Assembly: GCA_963714015.1 (NCBI GenBank)
Contig: OY970223.1
Location: 416,001 to 480,000 of the forward strand
Length of the DNA stretch: 64,000 nt
Origin: Vulcanimicrobiota bacterium
Lineage (GTDB): Bacteria; Vulcanimicrobiota; Vulcanimicrobiia; Vulcanimicrobiales; Vulcanimicrobiaceae
Reading direction: 5' to 3'
Below are positions 1-10,658 of the stretch, in pieces. The translations under genes were made by a program, and so were the position numbers. The notes under the pieces were generated by a model. That model saw only the letters and a list, made by a program, of their open reading frames with translations, was not told the DNA's origin and made no database searches. Numbering within the stretch: position 1 is the first letter of the stretch; every line of letters starts with the position of its first letter.

Positions 1-1433
1 GCTCGAATCAGCGCATCGATAACTTTTTCCAGCCGCACCCGGTCGACGGATCGATTTCTGCGAATCAATTCGAGCGCGTACCGGTAGTGAGCGGCGAGCC
101 GCTCCGAATCGTCCGCGGCCGCTTCGACTGCCCGTTCGAACAACGCATCGCAACGGGCGAAGTCCGCCGATTTGGAAGCCAGCACGGCGCGAAGCAGCAA
201 CAGGGCGGTAGGTTGCTGTTCGGCGCGATCGCTTTCGGCGTCGAGCGCCGCTTGAACGATGTCGGAGCGTCCGGAATCGAGAAGCGCCATTCCGTTGCGC
301 ACGAGCAGCTCGCGAATCTCTTGGCGCGCACCCGCGCGAATGTAGAGAACCAGCGCTTCCGAGATCCGGGCTCCGCGCTCCAGCCGTTTTGCCCCCTTCA
401 CGGAGGAAGCACGAACCGCCGCTTTTCCGCGCAACGATAATCTGCTCTGCAAGAAGTCGGCGAAGAGACCGTCGCAGTGCAGGACCGCGTGGGATTCGAC
501 GTGCAGAAACGGCACGTAGCGCCGCAAATCGTCGACTAATGCCTGCGCATCTTCCCATTCCTCCAAAAGCAGGTCGAACTCAATTGCCTTGTAGTGGCAG
601 ATATCGAACAAGAACTGCTGTTGCCGCTCAGTCAGATTTTGGAAGACTTGCTGCGCGAGGTACTCGTAGATCATCTCGCGAGATCCGGCGTTCGATTCAA
701 CGGCCGAAACACTCGGCGTCATGCGATTCGCGCGAACCGCCAGCACGAAGCCGGCCGGCCATCCACCGGTTAACCGATAAGCTTCCCGCGCGGCCTGTTC
801 CCCTTCGGCGCCGATCAGGCGGCGCGCGCATTCCTGCGCCTCTTCCTCCGTGAAGCGGAGCATACGCTCGTCGATGACCGAGCGCAGCCGATTGTACGCG
901 GTCCACGAAGCGATAGGAAAGCGGCTTGCACGCCGCGCGGCAAGTATCCAACGGATATTCGACGGCGCCGCGTCCAGAAGCATCATCAGGAACTTCTCGA
1001 CGTCCGAATCCGCTCCGGTGAAGTGCAGATCGTCGATATGGATATATCCGGAGTAGCCTTGCAGATGCTCTCGAATGCTGGCAACGAGCCATTCCACCGG
1101 CGGTGCGTTGACATTCGCGTGCGCGCTGTCGTACACCATCTGCAGCCCGGGCGCGACCGGGAGCAGAGAATCGATGAATCCCCGCACAAAACCGGCGAGG
1201 CTGACTCCCTCGAACGTGACGCCGTATCGAATCCACGATGCTTGGCTGGCATCGAGGTACTGACGAATCGCGGTTGATTTGCCGAAACCGGCGGGCGCCG
1301 CTACAACGGCGATCGGATAGGCGGTTGCATCCGCGAGGGCATTGAGAATTCGGCGTCGCTCTATGATGTCGCCACCAGTGATTTCTATGCTTCCAATGCC
1401 GTTAGGCGGCCCTGATAAGGCCTGCTGCACCAC
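1..1433 (-). CDS. MalT-like STAND ATPase / LuxR-family regulator (3' end runs off the window)
   Basis: Own translation: GAGGA RBS then GTG; IAVVAAPAGFGKST Walker A, IHIDDLHF Walker B, LTGGWPAG and MIYEYLAQQVF motifs shared with the regulator at 60775. Confidence 0.8.
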   Translation of the reverse strand, partial: MVQQALSGPPNGIGSIEITGGDIIERRRILNALADATAYPIAVVAAPAGFGKSTAIRQYLDASQASWIRYGVTFEGVSLAGFVRGFIDSLLPVAPGLQMVYDSAHANVNAPPVEWLVASIREHLQGYSGYIHIDDLHFTGADSDVEKFLMMLLDAAPSNIRWILAARRASRFPIASWTAYNRLRSVIDERMLRFTEEEAQECARRLIGAEGEQAAREAYRLTGGWPAGFVLAVRANRMTPSVSAVESNAGSREMIYEYLAQQVFQNLTERQQQFLFDICHYKAIEFDLLLEEWEDAQALVDDLRRYVPFLHVESHAVLHCDGLFADFLQSRLSLRGKAAVRASSVKGAKRLERGARISEALVLYIRAGARQEIRELLVRNGMALLDSGRSDIVQAALDAESDRAEQQPTALLLLRAVLASKSADFARCDALFERAVEAAADDSERLAAHYRYALELIRRNRSVDRVRLEKVIDALIR

Positions 1434-1528
1434 GGTCCTCCAAGCGCGGCGCCGGCTCCCGCCGGCGTCGAAACGCTGTAAATGGCACTTTGCCGTCAAG
1501 CGCATGCGACCCTTCGCCGGCACTGCAT

Positions 1529-1999
1529 CTAATCCAAAGCGAGTTCCATGAAGGTTGGGCAGCGATAATCGACTTCGCCGTACGGCTCGCATTCTCGAAA
1601 TCCCAGCGCTCGATACAGTTGGTATGCCGCCGTCAGCCTCGTCTTGTCGGTGTCCAGGACCAACCGACGAATCTTCGCGTTCCGCGAGAATTCGACTGCA
1701 CGGGACATGAGCTTGCGGGCCAATCCGGCGCCTCGGAACTCGGGACGAACGTAGAGTTTACGGATCACCGCGGTCGATGGATCGAGCCGCACCAGCGCGA
1801 CGCAGCCTGCGGCTTCGTCGTCGACTGTAGCGACCAGCGCCAGATTCTGGGGACCGTAGAACGCCGGCAGATCTTGCAACTCGTTTTCAAAGGTTCGATG
1901 GCGCAAGTCCGGGTCCAAGCTGTCCTCGTACTCCAACGCAAGGTTCCGAAAGTGCTCGAAACTGCGCTCGTCTTGGGCAGCGCACAAAAAATCGTTCAC
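1529..1999 (-). CDS. GNAT family N-acetyltransferase
   Basis: RKLYVRPEFRGAGLAR acetyl-CoA binding motif, AYQLYRALGF. Confidence 0.9.
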   Translation of the reverse strand: MNDFLCAAQDERSFEHFRNLALEYEDSLDPDLRHRTFENELQDLPAFYGPQNLALVATVDDEAAGCVALVRLDPSTAVIRKLYVRPEFRGAGLARKLMSRAVEFSRNAKIRRLVLDTDKTRLTAAYQLYRALGFRECEPYGEVDYRCPTFMELALD

Positions 2000-2058
2000 G
2001 GCAAACAGCCGAGCACACGCCCGCGCGCAACGGCAGGCTCGAGGGGAATCAGAAGGTC

Positions 2059-3027
2059 GTGAAGCTCTATGGCGTGACCCTCGTGGGCACCGGCCAATTG
2101 ACCGGGAAGCACGTTCTGCTCACGCTCGCGCTCATCGCGATCGTCGCGATCGTGCGGTACTCGCTGCATTACCTGGTCCGCGCGGCGCGGCCTATCCAAA
2201 GGCTCGACCGGTTCCGATTTTGGGCGCACCAGGGTATCAATCTCGGCACCACAGCGTTTTTCATCGCAGCGCTTCTCTCCATTTGGATTGGACCGAACTC
2301 CCACCTGGCAACGGTCGGCGGCCTCATTGGAGCCGGCATAGCTTTCGCGCTACAGCAATTTCTGATCGCCATCGCCGGCTATTTCGTCATTTTGCGCGGA
2401 AAACATTACAGCATCGGCGATCGCATCATCATCGGCGGCGTTCGCGGCGAAGTTATCGCCCTGGATTTCATTCAAACGACTGTGCTCGAAATGGGTCAGC
2501 CTCCTTCCGTGGAGTCGCAGACGGATCCGGCGATGTGGGTGATGGCCAGGCAGTACACGGGGCGGATCGTCGTCGTCAGTAACGGTCAAATCTTCACGCA
2601 GCCCGTCTACAACTACTCCCGCGATTTCCCGTTCATTTGGGAAGAGATTCAGGTCGGCGTGGGCTACTCGGACAAATACGAACGCGCGGAGCAGATCCTT
2701 CTGGACGTTGCCCACAAGCATGTGCGGAAGATCGAAGACATGACCGAGGCCAGCCGGCAGCACCTGCACCGCATCTACGATCTGGACGAACCATCGGTGC
2801 GTCCGCGCGTTTACTACCGCATGACCGACAATTGGGTCGAGTTAGCGCTGCGATTCATTGTGCCGGATCGCGGCATTCGAGAGATCAAGGACGCAATGTA
2901 TCGTGACATCCTGCGCGCGTTCAAGGAAGAAGGCATCAGCGTGGCATCCGGAACGTACGACATCGTCGGATTTCCGCCCGTGCGGATCGAAGGCTCCATT
3001 CCTACGGAATGTCCTCCTCCGGCTTAA
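2059..3027 (+). CDS. Small-conductance mechanosensitive channel (MscS family)
   Basis: N-terminal TM helices, GLIGAGIAFALQ, YSIGDRIIIGGVRGEV. Confidence 0.9.
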   Translation: MKLYGVTLVGTGQLTGKHVLLTLALIAIVAIVRYSLHYLVRAARPIQRLDRFRFWAHQGINLGTTAFFIAALLSIWIGPNSHLATVGGLIGAGIAFALQQFLIAIAGYFVILRGKHYSIGDRIIIGGVRGEVIALDFIQTTVLEMGQPPSVESQTDPAMWVMARQYTGRIVVVSNGQIFTQPVYNYSRDFPFIWEEIQVGVGYSDKYERAEQILLDVAHKHVRKIEDMTEASRQHLHRIYDLDEPSVRPRVYYRMTDNWVELALRFIVPDRGIREIKDAMYRDILRAFKEEGISVASGTYDIVGFPPVRIEGSIPTECPPPA

Positions 3028-3088
3028 TTGAGCGCCGGCCGGAGCGCGCCCGCGAGCGGGCGCGCTCTGCGCGTGCTAAGCGTTGTGC

Positions 3089-4045
3089 TTACTTTACGAT
3101 CACGGTGCCCAGCATGTGTTCGCCGCCGTCGTGGAAGAGGCACCCATACGCGTACGTTCCGGGTTTGGTGAACGTCAGGCTGAAACTCTGCCGTCCGAAG
3201 AGCGGTCCGGAGTTTACCACAGCGGAGCCGTCATACGTGTTCCCTCCGGAGGGCGGCGAGAACGGATTCAAGTTGGGCACCGCCTGGCCCGCGACGGGAA
3301 ATGTTATGGTATGCGGAAGATTCGTATCGAGATTTGTCCAGGTTACCGTAGTGCCCGTCGCAACGGTGACCGTGGAGTCGCTCAGCGAGTCGCCGTCCAG
3401 AAACCGCACGATGCTCGCGTTGGTGAGCGGCGGCTGGCCTAGCCCGGCTGAAATACCCGCAGATAAGTGTGGTCCGCCGTTCGCGTACGGAAATTGCGCA
3501 ACCGAATCACTTGCCGTTTTCAAGTCCGCCGCCATGGCACCGGGAAGCTGTTGGAGGATTGCGTCATTCGTCATCGGGTATGGTGTGCCCGCGGGTTGAA
3601 CGACGACTTTGCCAATCATCTCGCCATGGATCAAGCAGTAGTATGTGTACGTCCCCGCTTTCGGAAACTTTAACGTATAATTTTTGCCCCCTAAGAGAAA
3701 GCCGGAATTCGTGTACGTGCTGCCGTCGTAGCTGGAACCACCCGCAGGAATCTGGACGCTTGGATCGTTCGGGGGCGGTGGCGCAGTCTTAGGTCCCAGA
3801 AACGTGACGGTGTGCGGTTCGGCCGCTGGATAACTCCACGTAATCGAATCACCCGCATCGATCGTGATGGACGACGGATAGAAGCTCAGCGCCTGGATCG
3901 CTCCGGTTTGATCTGAACCGCCCGCCTGAACGTTCCAGGTCTGCGGTTCGCTATTTGCGCCGGCCGGTGCTACGGTGCCGCTCGATCCGCAGCCGGCCAG
4001 CGCCAGCGAGAGAGCCGCCGCCAAAAGAAGAGCGCGTTTCGTCAT
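3089..4045 (-). CDS. Lipoprotein with two cupredoxin (plastocyanin/azurin-like) domains
   Basis: Lipobox LALAGC; two HT(V/I)TF ... YxCLxH...M type-1 copper ligand sets; start at MTKRALL overlaps the upstream stop (ATGA). Confidence 0.8.
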   Translation of the reverse strand: MTKRALLLAAALSLALAGCGSSGTVAPAGANSEPQTWNVQAGGSDQTGAIQALSFYPSSITIDAGDSITWSYPAAEPHTVTFLGPKTAPPPPNDPSVQIPAGGSSYDGSTYTNSGFLLGGKNYTLKFPKAGTYTYYCLIHGEMIGKVVVQPAGTPYPMTNDAILQQLPGAMAADLKTASDSVAQFPYANGGPHLSAGISAGLGQPPLTNASIVRFLDGDSLSDSTVTVATGTTVTWTNLDTNLPHTITFPVAGQAVPNLNPFSPPSGGNTYDGSAVVNSGPLFGRQSFSLTFTKPGTYAYGCLFHDGGEHMLGTVIVK

Positions 4046-4479
4046 GATGCCACCTCCGGGTCGGGAATGCCGTGCGGGCAATATGCTTCATGCACGGCGT
4101 GAGGTACGTAATAGGCGTGCACGTCGTAATGCGGGACGGGGTATCCCTGATGACCGTGCGGGTTGAATCCGATGTCGACGTGATCGATACGATAACCGGG
4201 AAGCGGGCGCAGGATATCGTGCCATCCCTTCCCTTGTACGAGCGATTTCTGATCGATCATGACTTCGGTGAAGACGATCCGACCGTTGTACACGCCGTAG
4301 ATCGGCCCGAACGGAAGATCGCGCGGATTTGCCCAGTGCTCGCCCATTCGGGCGACGCACGGACTGATCTGTACTGCGCCGGCGGGCATGCCGGCGGGAG
4401 GAGCCGGCGCTGCCGAACTGGAGCCTTGGACGAGCGGGCCGAAGACGGCCAGCAATGAGAGGATGCGAAGCAGTTTCAT
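4042..4479 (-). CDS. Secreted His-motif protein (DUF5602/TTHB210-like)
   Basis: Signal peptide; MGEHW, DHVDIGFNPHGHQG, PHYDVHAY motifs. Confidence 0.6.
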   Translation of the reverse strand: MKLLRILSLLAVFGPLVQGSSSAAPAPPAGMPAGAVQISPCVARMGEHWANPRDLPFGPIYGVYNGRIVFTEVMIDQKSLVQGKGWHDILRPLPGYRIDHVDIGFNPHGHQGYPVPHYDVHAYYVPHAVHEAYCPHGIPDPEVAS

Positions 4480-4527
4480 GACTGTAAATTTAAAGGAATG
4501 CCGCGAGCGGGAGGATGGGGCGAATCC

Positions 4528-4968
4528 CTACCCTTTGCCGATCGCCGGGTAGAGTTCGCAGTCGTCCGCTTCGAGCAGGTCCAGCGCAATGGGGTAGCGG
4601 CTGCGCAAATAGTCGGGATAGAGCGACTGGAAGTTCGCGCGATAATCGTCCGTGAGAGTATCATGCCGGAATCCGGACAACAGCGCGTTGGCGCGTTCGT
4701 ATTGCGTCGCGTCGGCATGCGCACGAAGCCAGGCCGCGATCTCTTCCTCGCCTCCTGCCTCGAACACGGCAACGCGCAACTTCGGAAGATCGACGCGTAT
4801 TACGTCCAGGAGCATCTGGCTCATTCCCGGCACGATGTGGTACGGGCCTAAGTGGCCTCCCGGGAGCGTGGCGCAGATTTTGTCGATCGTGCGAGGCATG
4901 AAGAGCAGGTTGTCCAGCCGCTCTCGCGGGCTTCGCGGCGAACGTATACGCAAGTCCAAAGCTATCAT
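4528..4968 (-). CDS. DUF5069-like protein
   Basis: DLRIRSPRSPRERL..MPRTIDK..ATLPGG.LGPY, LDLLEADD; start uncertain. Confidence 0.7.
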   Translation of the reverse strand: MIALDLRIRSPRSPRERLDNLLFMPRTIDKICATLPGGHLGPYHIVPGMSQMLLDVIRVDLPKLRVAVFEAGGEEEIAAWLRAHADATQYERANALLSGFRHDTLTDDYRANFQSLYPDYLRSRYPIALDLLEADDCELYPAIGKG

Positions 4969-5016
4969 GCCGCTAAGCGTACGGCGTGCCATGCGCCGCG
5001 CGTATGGGGTGAATCC

Positions 5017-7586
5017 CTACTTCGGTGCGGTTTGCTGCGCCAGCGCCCGGACCGCCGAAGCGCGGTTGTTGACCTGAAGTTTTTCGTACAGACGCGCGAG
5101 GTGTTTTTCTACCGTCTTTTCGCTTATGAAGAGCTCGGCCGCCATCGCGCGATTGCTGCGCCCTTCTTGCAGGAGATGGGCTATTTGCATTTCACGCTCG
5201 GAGAAGCGTTCCACTTGCGGCACGCAGCCGAGTTCCGATGCGCGGCGCTCGTGATGCACCCAGCCGATCGCGCTATAAAGCTCGCGGGCCCGAGCGGCAG
5301 AGCGATCGCGGGTGTTTGTATCGCGAACCCGGTGGGCGGACAACGCCTTCACCATTGCGGCAGTTGCCGCGAATGCCGGCGCGGGGGAATCTTCGTAAGG
5401 CGCAAGCAGTCCGAGCGCTTTGTCCCGCGCCGCGCTGCTGCCGAATTCCGCCATTGCGCTCAACGTTTCCCATGCGGCGTAGGGACGCTCGAGCCGCTCT
5501 GCCGCGGCATCGAGAATGCGTACCGCCCCGCGCAGATCGCCTTTACCGGCAAGCCGCCGGGCAAACACGCCCGCCAGCGGTCCAAAAAATTCGTTATGTC
5601 CGCCCGAGACGACCGCCTCGACCTCGCGCAGCGACGGGAGACGCGCGGTTTCGGCAAGCATTGCATTCAGAAGCACGTATGCGTGCAGCGCGGGAATCGG
5701 CGCATCGTGCGCCGCGGCAAACTCGGCGTAGCGCGCAAACGCGCCGAGGTCGCCGTGCAGCCATCGATCGTACGCCGCGTGCGAACTGAAGGCGGCTTCG
5801 TAAACGTCCATCTTCAGTGGCCGAAGAAGAGCAAAACATTGCTCGTACAGCGTTATGGCGGACAAGCCCAGGAACATTGCGTGCGCGGCAAGATTACCGA
5901 AATGCGCGATGTACTGCGGGTCGGCGCCGACGATCGCTGCGTTCCTTTGGAGTGCCGCCTGCGCGCCCTTCCAACCGTCGGCGTTTCCCATAGGGGCGTA
6001 AACGGAAGCGGCGATCGCGTAGTAGCTTCCGCCGGCGCGCGTGTGGCTGATGGACTGTTCGTCGATGCGGCTGAGCCACTCCAATCCCAGCTCGGGCGTA
6101 ATATCGGAGGCGTAGAAGGCAGCCTGTAGGCTCAGTTCCGTATGCAGCCCCCGCGGCAGAGCGTCGAGCTCCGCTACGGCATGCTGGATAGTTGCCAGCG
6201 CATCGCGGATGCGATTTTGATTGAAGAGACAGCGCGCGAGGCTTTGATAGAGGCTTGCCGGTTCTTCTACCGCACCGGAGGCGCGGTAGATCGCAATTGC
6301 TTCGGTATAGGCGCGTTCAGCGTCGGCGACCGTCGCGGTTCTAATGAGCGCGTCGCCCTGACGTGCAAGGGCTCGGGCCCGCTCGAGCGAGCCGTTATCT
6401 GCACACGCGGCAGCATCGGCGTAGAACGTGGCGGCATCAGCGTACGCGTGCACCGTGTACGCCATTCCTCCGGCGCGCATGAGGTATGCGTAGGCCTTCT
6501 CGCGATCGTGCGCACCGGCGTAATGATGCGCCAGCTGAGCGAATCCCAGTGCATCGAAGCGGCGGCGGCGCTCGAGTGCGCGAGCAGCGCGTTTGTGAAG
6601 ATCGAGCCGCTGTGCCGAGGTGAGTTGCGCAGAAAGGACCGCGCGGGTCAAGGCATGAGCAAATCGAAAACGCGCGCTTGTGTCTTCTACGACGATTTCC
6701 GCTTTCTGCGCATTCTCCATCAATTTGGCTGCCTTAGCGGAAGAGCACCCGAGTGCGTCGCCGAGCAATTGCAGTTCGAACTCTTCGCCCAGAACGGCCG
6801 CAGCTTGCAAAGCTCCGGCTTCCGCGATGCTTAGCCGCGCGATACGCACTTCGATTGCGCTGCTGAGTGTAAGCGGTATGTCCCCCGTCTGCGCGTTCTT
6901 CGAGAGTTCCGTCGCGAAAAATGGGTTTCCACCCGACAAGGCCGCGATTCGCTCGATACTCGCCGAAGCGCTCGCCGGCGCAGCCACCAACGTTCGCACG
7001 AGCGTCGTGCAGTCCGGCGCCGACAGCGCACGAAGTTGCAGCACCGTCGCGTGCGGGCTGCTGAAGATGTTTCGAAGTGCGTCCGTCACCTCCGACGAGC
7101 GCACCGTCGCGATTACGAGCAGGCGCCGAAGCGCGCCCACTTGCGGGAGCAGCACTTGCAGCAGATCGAGAGAGCCGGCATCGGCCCACTGCAGATCTTC
7201 GAGGACTAAGATCGTCGAACGGCGCTGCGCGCACGCGCGCAATGTGCCGTAACCACCGTTTCGTACATTGCCGCCTTATCCGAAAAAGCCGAATCGCTCG
7301 GCCGTATGGCCTTAGCGGCTTCCGGAGCTACGCTTTGAAGCGCGGAGATCCACGGCGCAAAGGGCGAACGGACATGTTCGAAACCGTGACCGACGCCGAT
7401 TGCGGAGCGCCCGCGCGGAACGTCGCGCAGAAACTCTTTCACCAGGCGCGACTTCCCGATGCCCGGCTCGCCGGTAAGCAGGATTACACGGCCATAGCGA
7501 TGGGAATCCCGCCGCATCTGCGCAAGACTCGCGAGCTCATCTGCGCGTCCGACGAACGGACCCCGCACGTCCCGATCAATCGCCAC
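5017..7586 (-). CDS. AAA/STAND ATPase-TPR-LuxR HTH regulator (frameshift at ~7245)
   Basis: FVGRADEL and TGEPGIGKS (7206-7586) continue into LVLEDLQWAD, SGGNPFF and a C-terminal LuxR HTH GRSNRAMAAELFISEKTVEKHL (5017-7242). Confidence 0.85.
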
Positions 7587-8025
7587 GCAGTTTTATGTTC
7601 GCGGCCTTGCTAATGCGCTCCGCTCGCTTGCGAAACGACCCGATCGATCATCGCGTCGATAACCGGCTTGGCAGGCAGTGAAGGCTGCGCGCTTATGCTA
7701 GTGCGTATAGCGAGCAGCGTGTAGGTGCACGGTTTTTCCGAAAGTGCTGAGCGAGTTAAGGAGAGTTCCTCGGCCAGCGCGACGATGATGTCGCAGGACT
7801 CCCACGTAGCAGCGTTTGTACCGACCGCGTATTGGCTATGTCGCTGACGAGTTGGGCGCCGTGGCGCGCACCCGAACGACAGTGTAGTCGACGCTTTAGA
7901 TCAATTATCGTTTTGGCGACTCCGCTTGAGCACTTTTCCACTAGGAACCCGCATCGAACCGTACGAGCACGTCCTGATCAGCGATGGGTGCGCGACGACA
8001 GCGCCGCAACAAAAACAAGGTACCC

Positions 8026-8135
8026 AACCCGTCCGCACTGCGGCTAATGCACGCTCATACTTTCTGCCTATGTTTTCGACGAATTTGGCGTATGACTGCG
8101 ATTTTATTCGTTCTATTGCGGCTAGTCGGTAAATG
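8026..8135. repeat. Diverged copy of the island left-end sequence (10472-10585)
   Basis: tccgcactg-cggctaatgc (8032-8050) vs tccgcactgccggctaatgc (10481-10500); further collinear blocks gccta..ttttcg.cga.ttt.gc and actgcg.t.t.at.cg.tct..tgcg.cta. Confidence 0.65.
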
Positions 8136-8223
8136 GATGACGCTCGGACTCGGTAAGCTGATCACTGCGCGAGATCGGACGAGCGGCCGCTCAAGCCTCT
8201 ATACTGCACATTGTCATCGAGGC

Positions 8224-8481
8224 CTATCCGACGATACGGTGATCTGTCAAGAGGGCAAAGAGATACGACGGCGCCTGACGATTCTGGAGCGGCACGGTAC
8301 TCTTCAACGGCAGCAACGGAACGGCTTTAGCGACGTCGCTCTTCGGTATTTGCCGGTTCGTGGTATGGAGTACGATCGAGTTCCCACGAATGCTGTACGT
8401 GAACGGCTTGCCGCGGACCTGAAGGAATACTTGACCCTCGCAGGCGACGATCTTGTTCCAAACATTGTCGATGTTATGCAT
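8224..8481 (-). CDS. Small hypothetical protein coupled to the NucS-like gene
   Basis: ATG 8481 overlaps the corrected stop (TAA 8476-8474) of the upstream gene; 85 aa MHNIDNVWNKIVACEGQVF... Confidence 0.6.
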   Translation of the reverse strand: MHNIDNVWNKIVACEGQVFLQVRGKPFTYSIRGNSIVLHTTNRQIPKSDVAKAVPLLPLKSTVPLQNRQAPSYLFALLTDHRIVG

Positions 8482-9254
8482 TGATGCGTTCAACCTTTAC
8501 CGATAAGTTGTACTCAAACAGTTCAATGTCGGGAAACTTACGACACGCCAGTATCAGATACCGCGGATATCGTGCGCGCAATAATTATCCCGCGAATGCG
8601 TTTGCCTTCGTCAACATATCCGTTCTCCTCCAGCCACGCCATATATCGAGCGATCTGACCAACCACGCGATCGTAGCCGCGCGACACCTTGAGTTCGATA
8701 ACGACCATATTATCGTGCGCATCGGTAGCGAGGATATCGACATATCGCCCACCAACGGGAAATTCCACACCAGAGGCGCCGTCACGCTCATACAGCGTCA
8801 AACCGTCCTCAATTTGGAAGAGATTAGCGGCCAGGTAGTTTTTGAGATCCGCCTCGTAAGCAAATTCGCCCGCGTCATATAAACCCGCTTGCCCGTCTTC
8901 CGCTACGTTGTCCGCTTCGTCATGGACGTCAAGGGACTCGGCGGCGGTTGCGCCGTCGGTTCCAATATAGATCGGCGGGGGATCGTTGTCAGGATCATAT
9001 AGCCTTAGCGTATTCCGACCCACTTGAAAGAAAATATCGTTGCGCTTTGTCGCGTTGTAATAAACGCGCGTCCGATTGTTCGTCGAAGCGGCTATGGTTT
9101 GCGCCTGAACCGTGCTCGGTTTTACCTTCGGATACTTCTGTCGAAACCACGCGGCCAGGTCGTTTTTAGAGAAGACTTGTCCGTACCCAATAGAGCGATC
9201 GCCGATGAACTCGCGAAAGAGGCTCTCTAACCGGACGGTCGTATATGGGCACAT
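8474..9254 (-). CDS. NucS/DUF91-like PD-(D/E)xK endonuclease with N-terminal domain (frameshifted)
   Basis: EFAYEADLKNYL, GVEFPVGGRYVDILA, VVIELKVSRGYDRVVGQIARYM; indel near 8560 restores C-terminus LILACRKFPDIELFEY. Confidence 0.85.
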
Positions 9255-10450
9255 TAAACATTACCCTGCTGGGCATCGCTTTCACCAAGGGTAAGGTATC
9301 AACCGAGGGTTAGCTCGCGCTTTGCCCTTTTCCAAGCGTTTCCTTCGTCGACACGGTACGCTTTTGTCGACGCGTAGGATCCTGTTGCAACACAATGTGC
9401 GGAAAGCCCTCACGTCGCATACGCGACGCAATGTCGTATGCTTTGATTCATGATGGTGGCATCCAAGATGCAAAAGCGCGGCCGGAAATTTGGCGTGCGA
9501 TGACACGCTAAGGAATCTTATGCGGTACGCGGATGATCCAGGCGCTGGCCCGCTTGAATTGAATAAAAAAGCGAACGCCGTGCACTCAGTACTTCACATC
9601 TTATACAACCAGCAACTTTTCAATAGTCGAAGGGAAGTGGGGCGTTCCAGAGCGGCGCGATTCCGGTAACGAACCGCCGGAAAGAGGTTTGAAACTACGG
9701 CGGAGATTCAGGGATCGTCCAGGTCCGGTCTTTCAATGTGTCAGGCCCGCCTCGGTGCATTAGCGATAGCTTGTTTGGCGCCGCCGCTTGCTTACGCTAG
9801 TTGGGATGTGCGAGGAGTAGATGTGCTCGCGGCGCAAGAGCGCAGACTCGATCGACGAACCTTGCTCGTACTCGTCCAGAATACGCGCCTTGCTGCGGCA
9901 GAAAAGTGCCCGTGTAGCTTTTGCCGCGACCTCAGGGTCGATTAGAATTGGATTGCATGCATGAGACCTTTTATGCCCTGACTAATTTATTCCGGTCGAA
10001 TGGTCTCACGCGAAACTGAAACGGACGGATACGAACTTCTGGTCAGTGCAGAGGACCCAACGGCATTCTATGCATCACGCACGACAACCGACAAAGACGG
10101 ACGATTTTCGGATATCGTTGGCTCCGATACGCCGAACGTTAACGAACACTACGTGATTACGCAAACATCCATCGGAAGCAATTCCGCCCCATGTTTAAGC
10201 ACGACATTCCCTCACCACATCTTGGTAACCAACGGTTTCGTGATAATCAACTTTGCGGCGGTTCAGCCATGAACATTATGAAGGTCTTATGCCTATGCTT
10301 CCTTACCCTGATCGGATCGTCGCTGGAGCTCGTTTCGAGTTGCGGGCGAATTTCCCGGGCAGCCTAGCGCCGGAAGATGAAAAGACGGCGGTGTAATCGT
10401 GGATTGCTGGAAGCGTGCCATAAAAACGCTCGATAAGATCGGTGGAACTA

Positions 10451-10476
10451 TGGTAGCGCCAACGGGAATCGAACCC
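10451..10476. repeat. att direct repeat (copy of tRNA-Glu 3' end)
   Basis: tggtagcgccaacgggaatcgaaccc identical to 24799-24824. Confidence 0.95.
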
Positions 10477-10580
10477 CTTCTCCGCACTGCCGGCTAATGC
10501 GGCCTGTACGGGTTTTGGCCTATTTTCGCCGATTTTCGCAATCGGGTACTGCGGTCTGATGCGGTCTGCTGCGACTATTA

Positions 10581-10599
10581 AGTAGAACTTCAAGTAGAA
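10581..10599. repeat. Terminal motif AGTAGAACTTCAAGTAGAA (candidate integrase arm-type site), left
   Basis: Identical to 24736-24754; internal direct repeat AGTAGAA. Confidence 0.75.
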
Positions 10600-10658
10600 G
10601 CACCTCGGGAGCATTCCGCCGTAAGGCCCGGCCATCGTTGCCCGGGCAACGCCGGGGT

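Noticed and set aside
9736..10272. Two short plus-strand ORFs, possibly one frameshifted exported protein
   Set aside because: No recognisable motif; cannot be supported as a gene
10451..10520. Possible extra tRNA gene
   Set aside because: Only the 3' 26 nt match; no anticodon or D arm, so it is an att remnant
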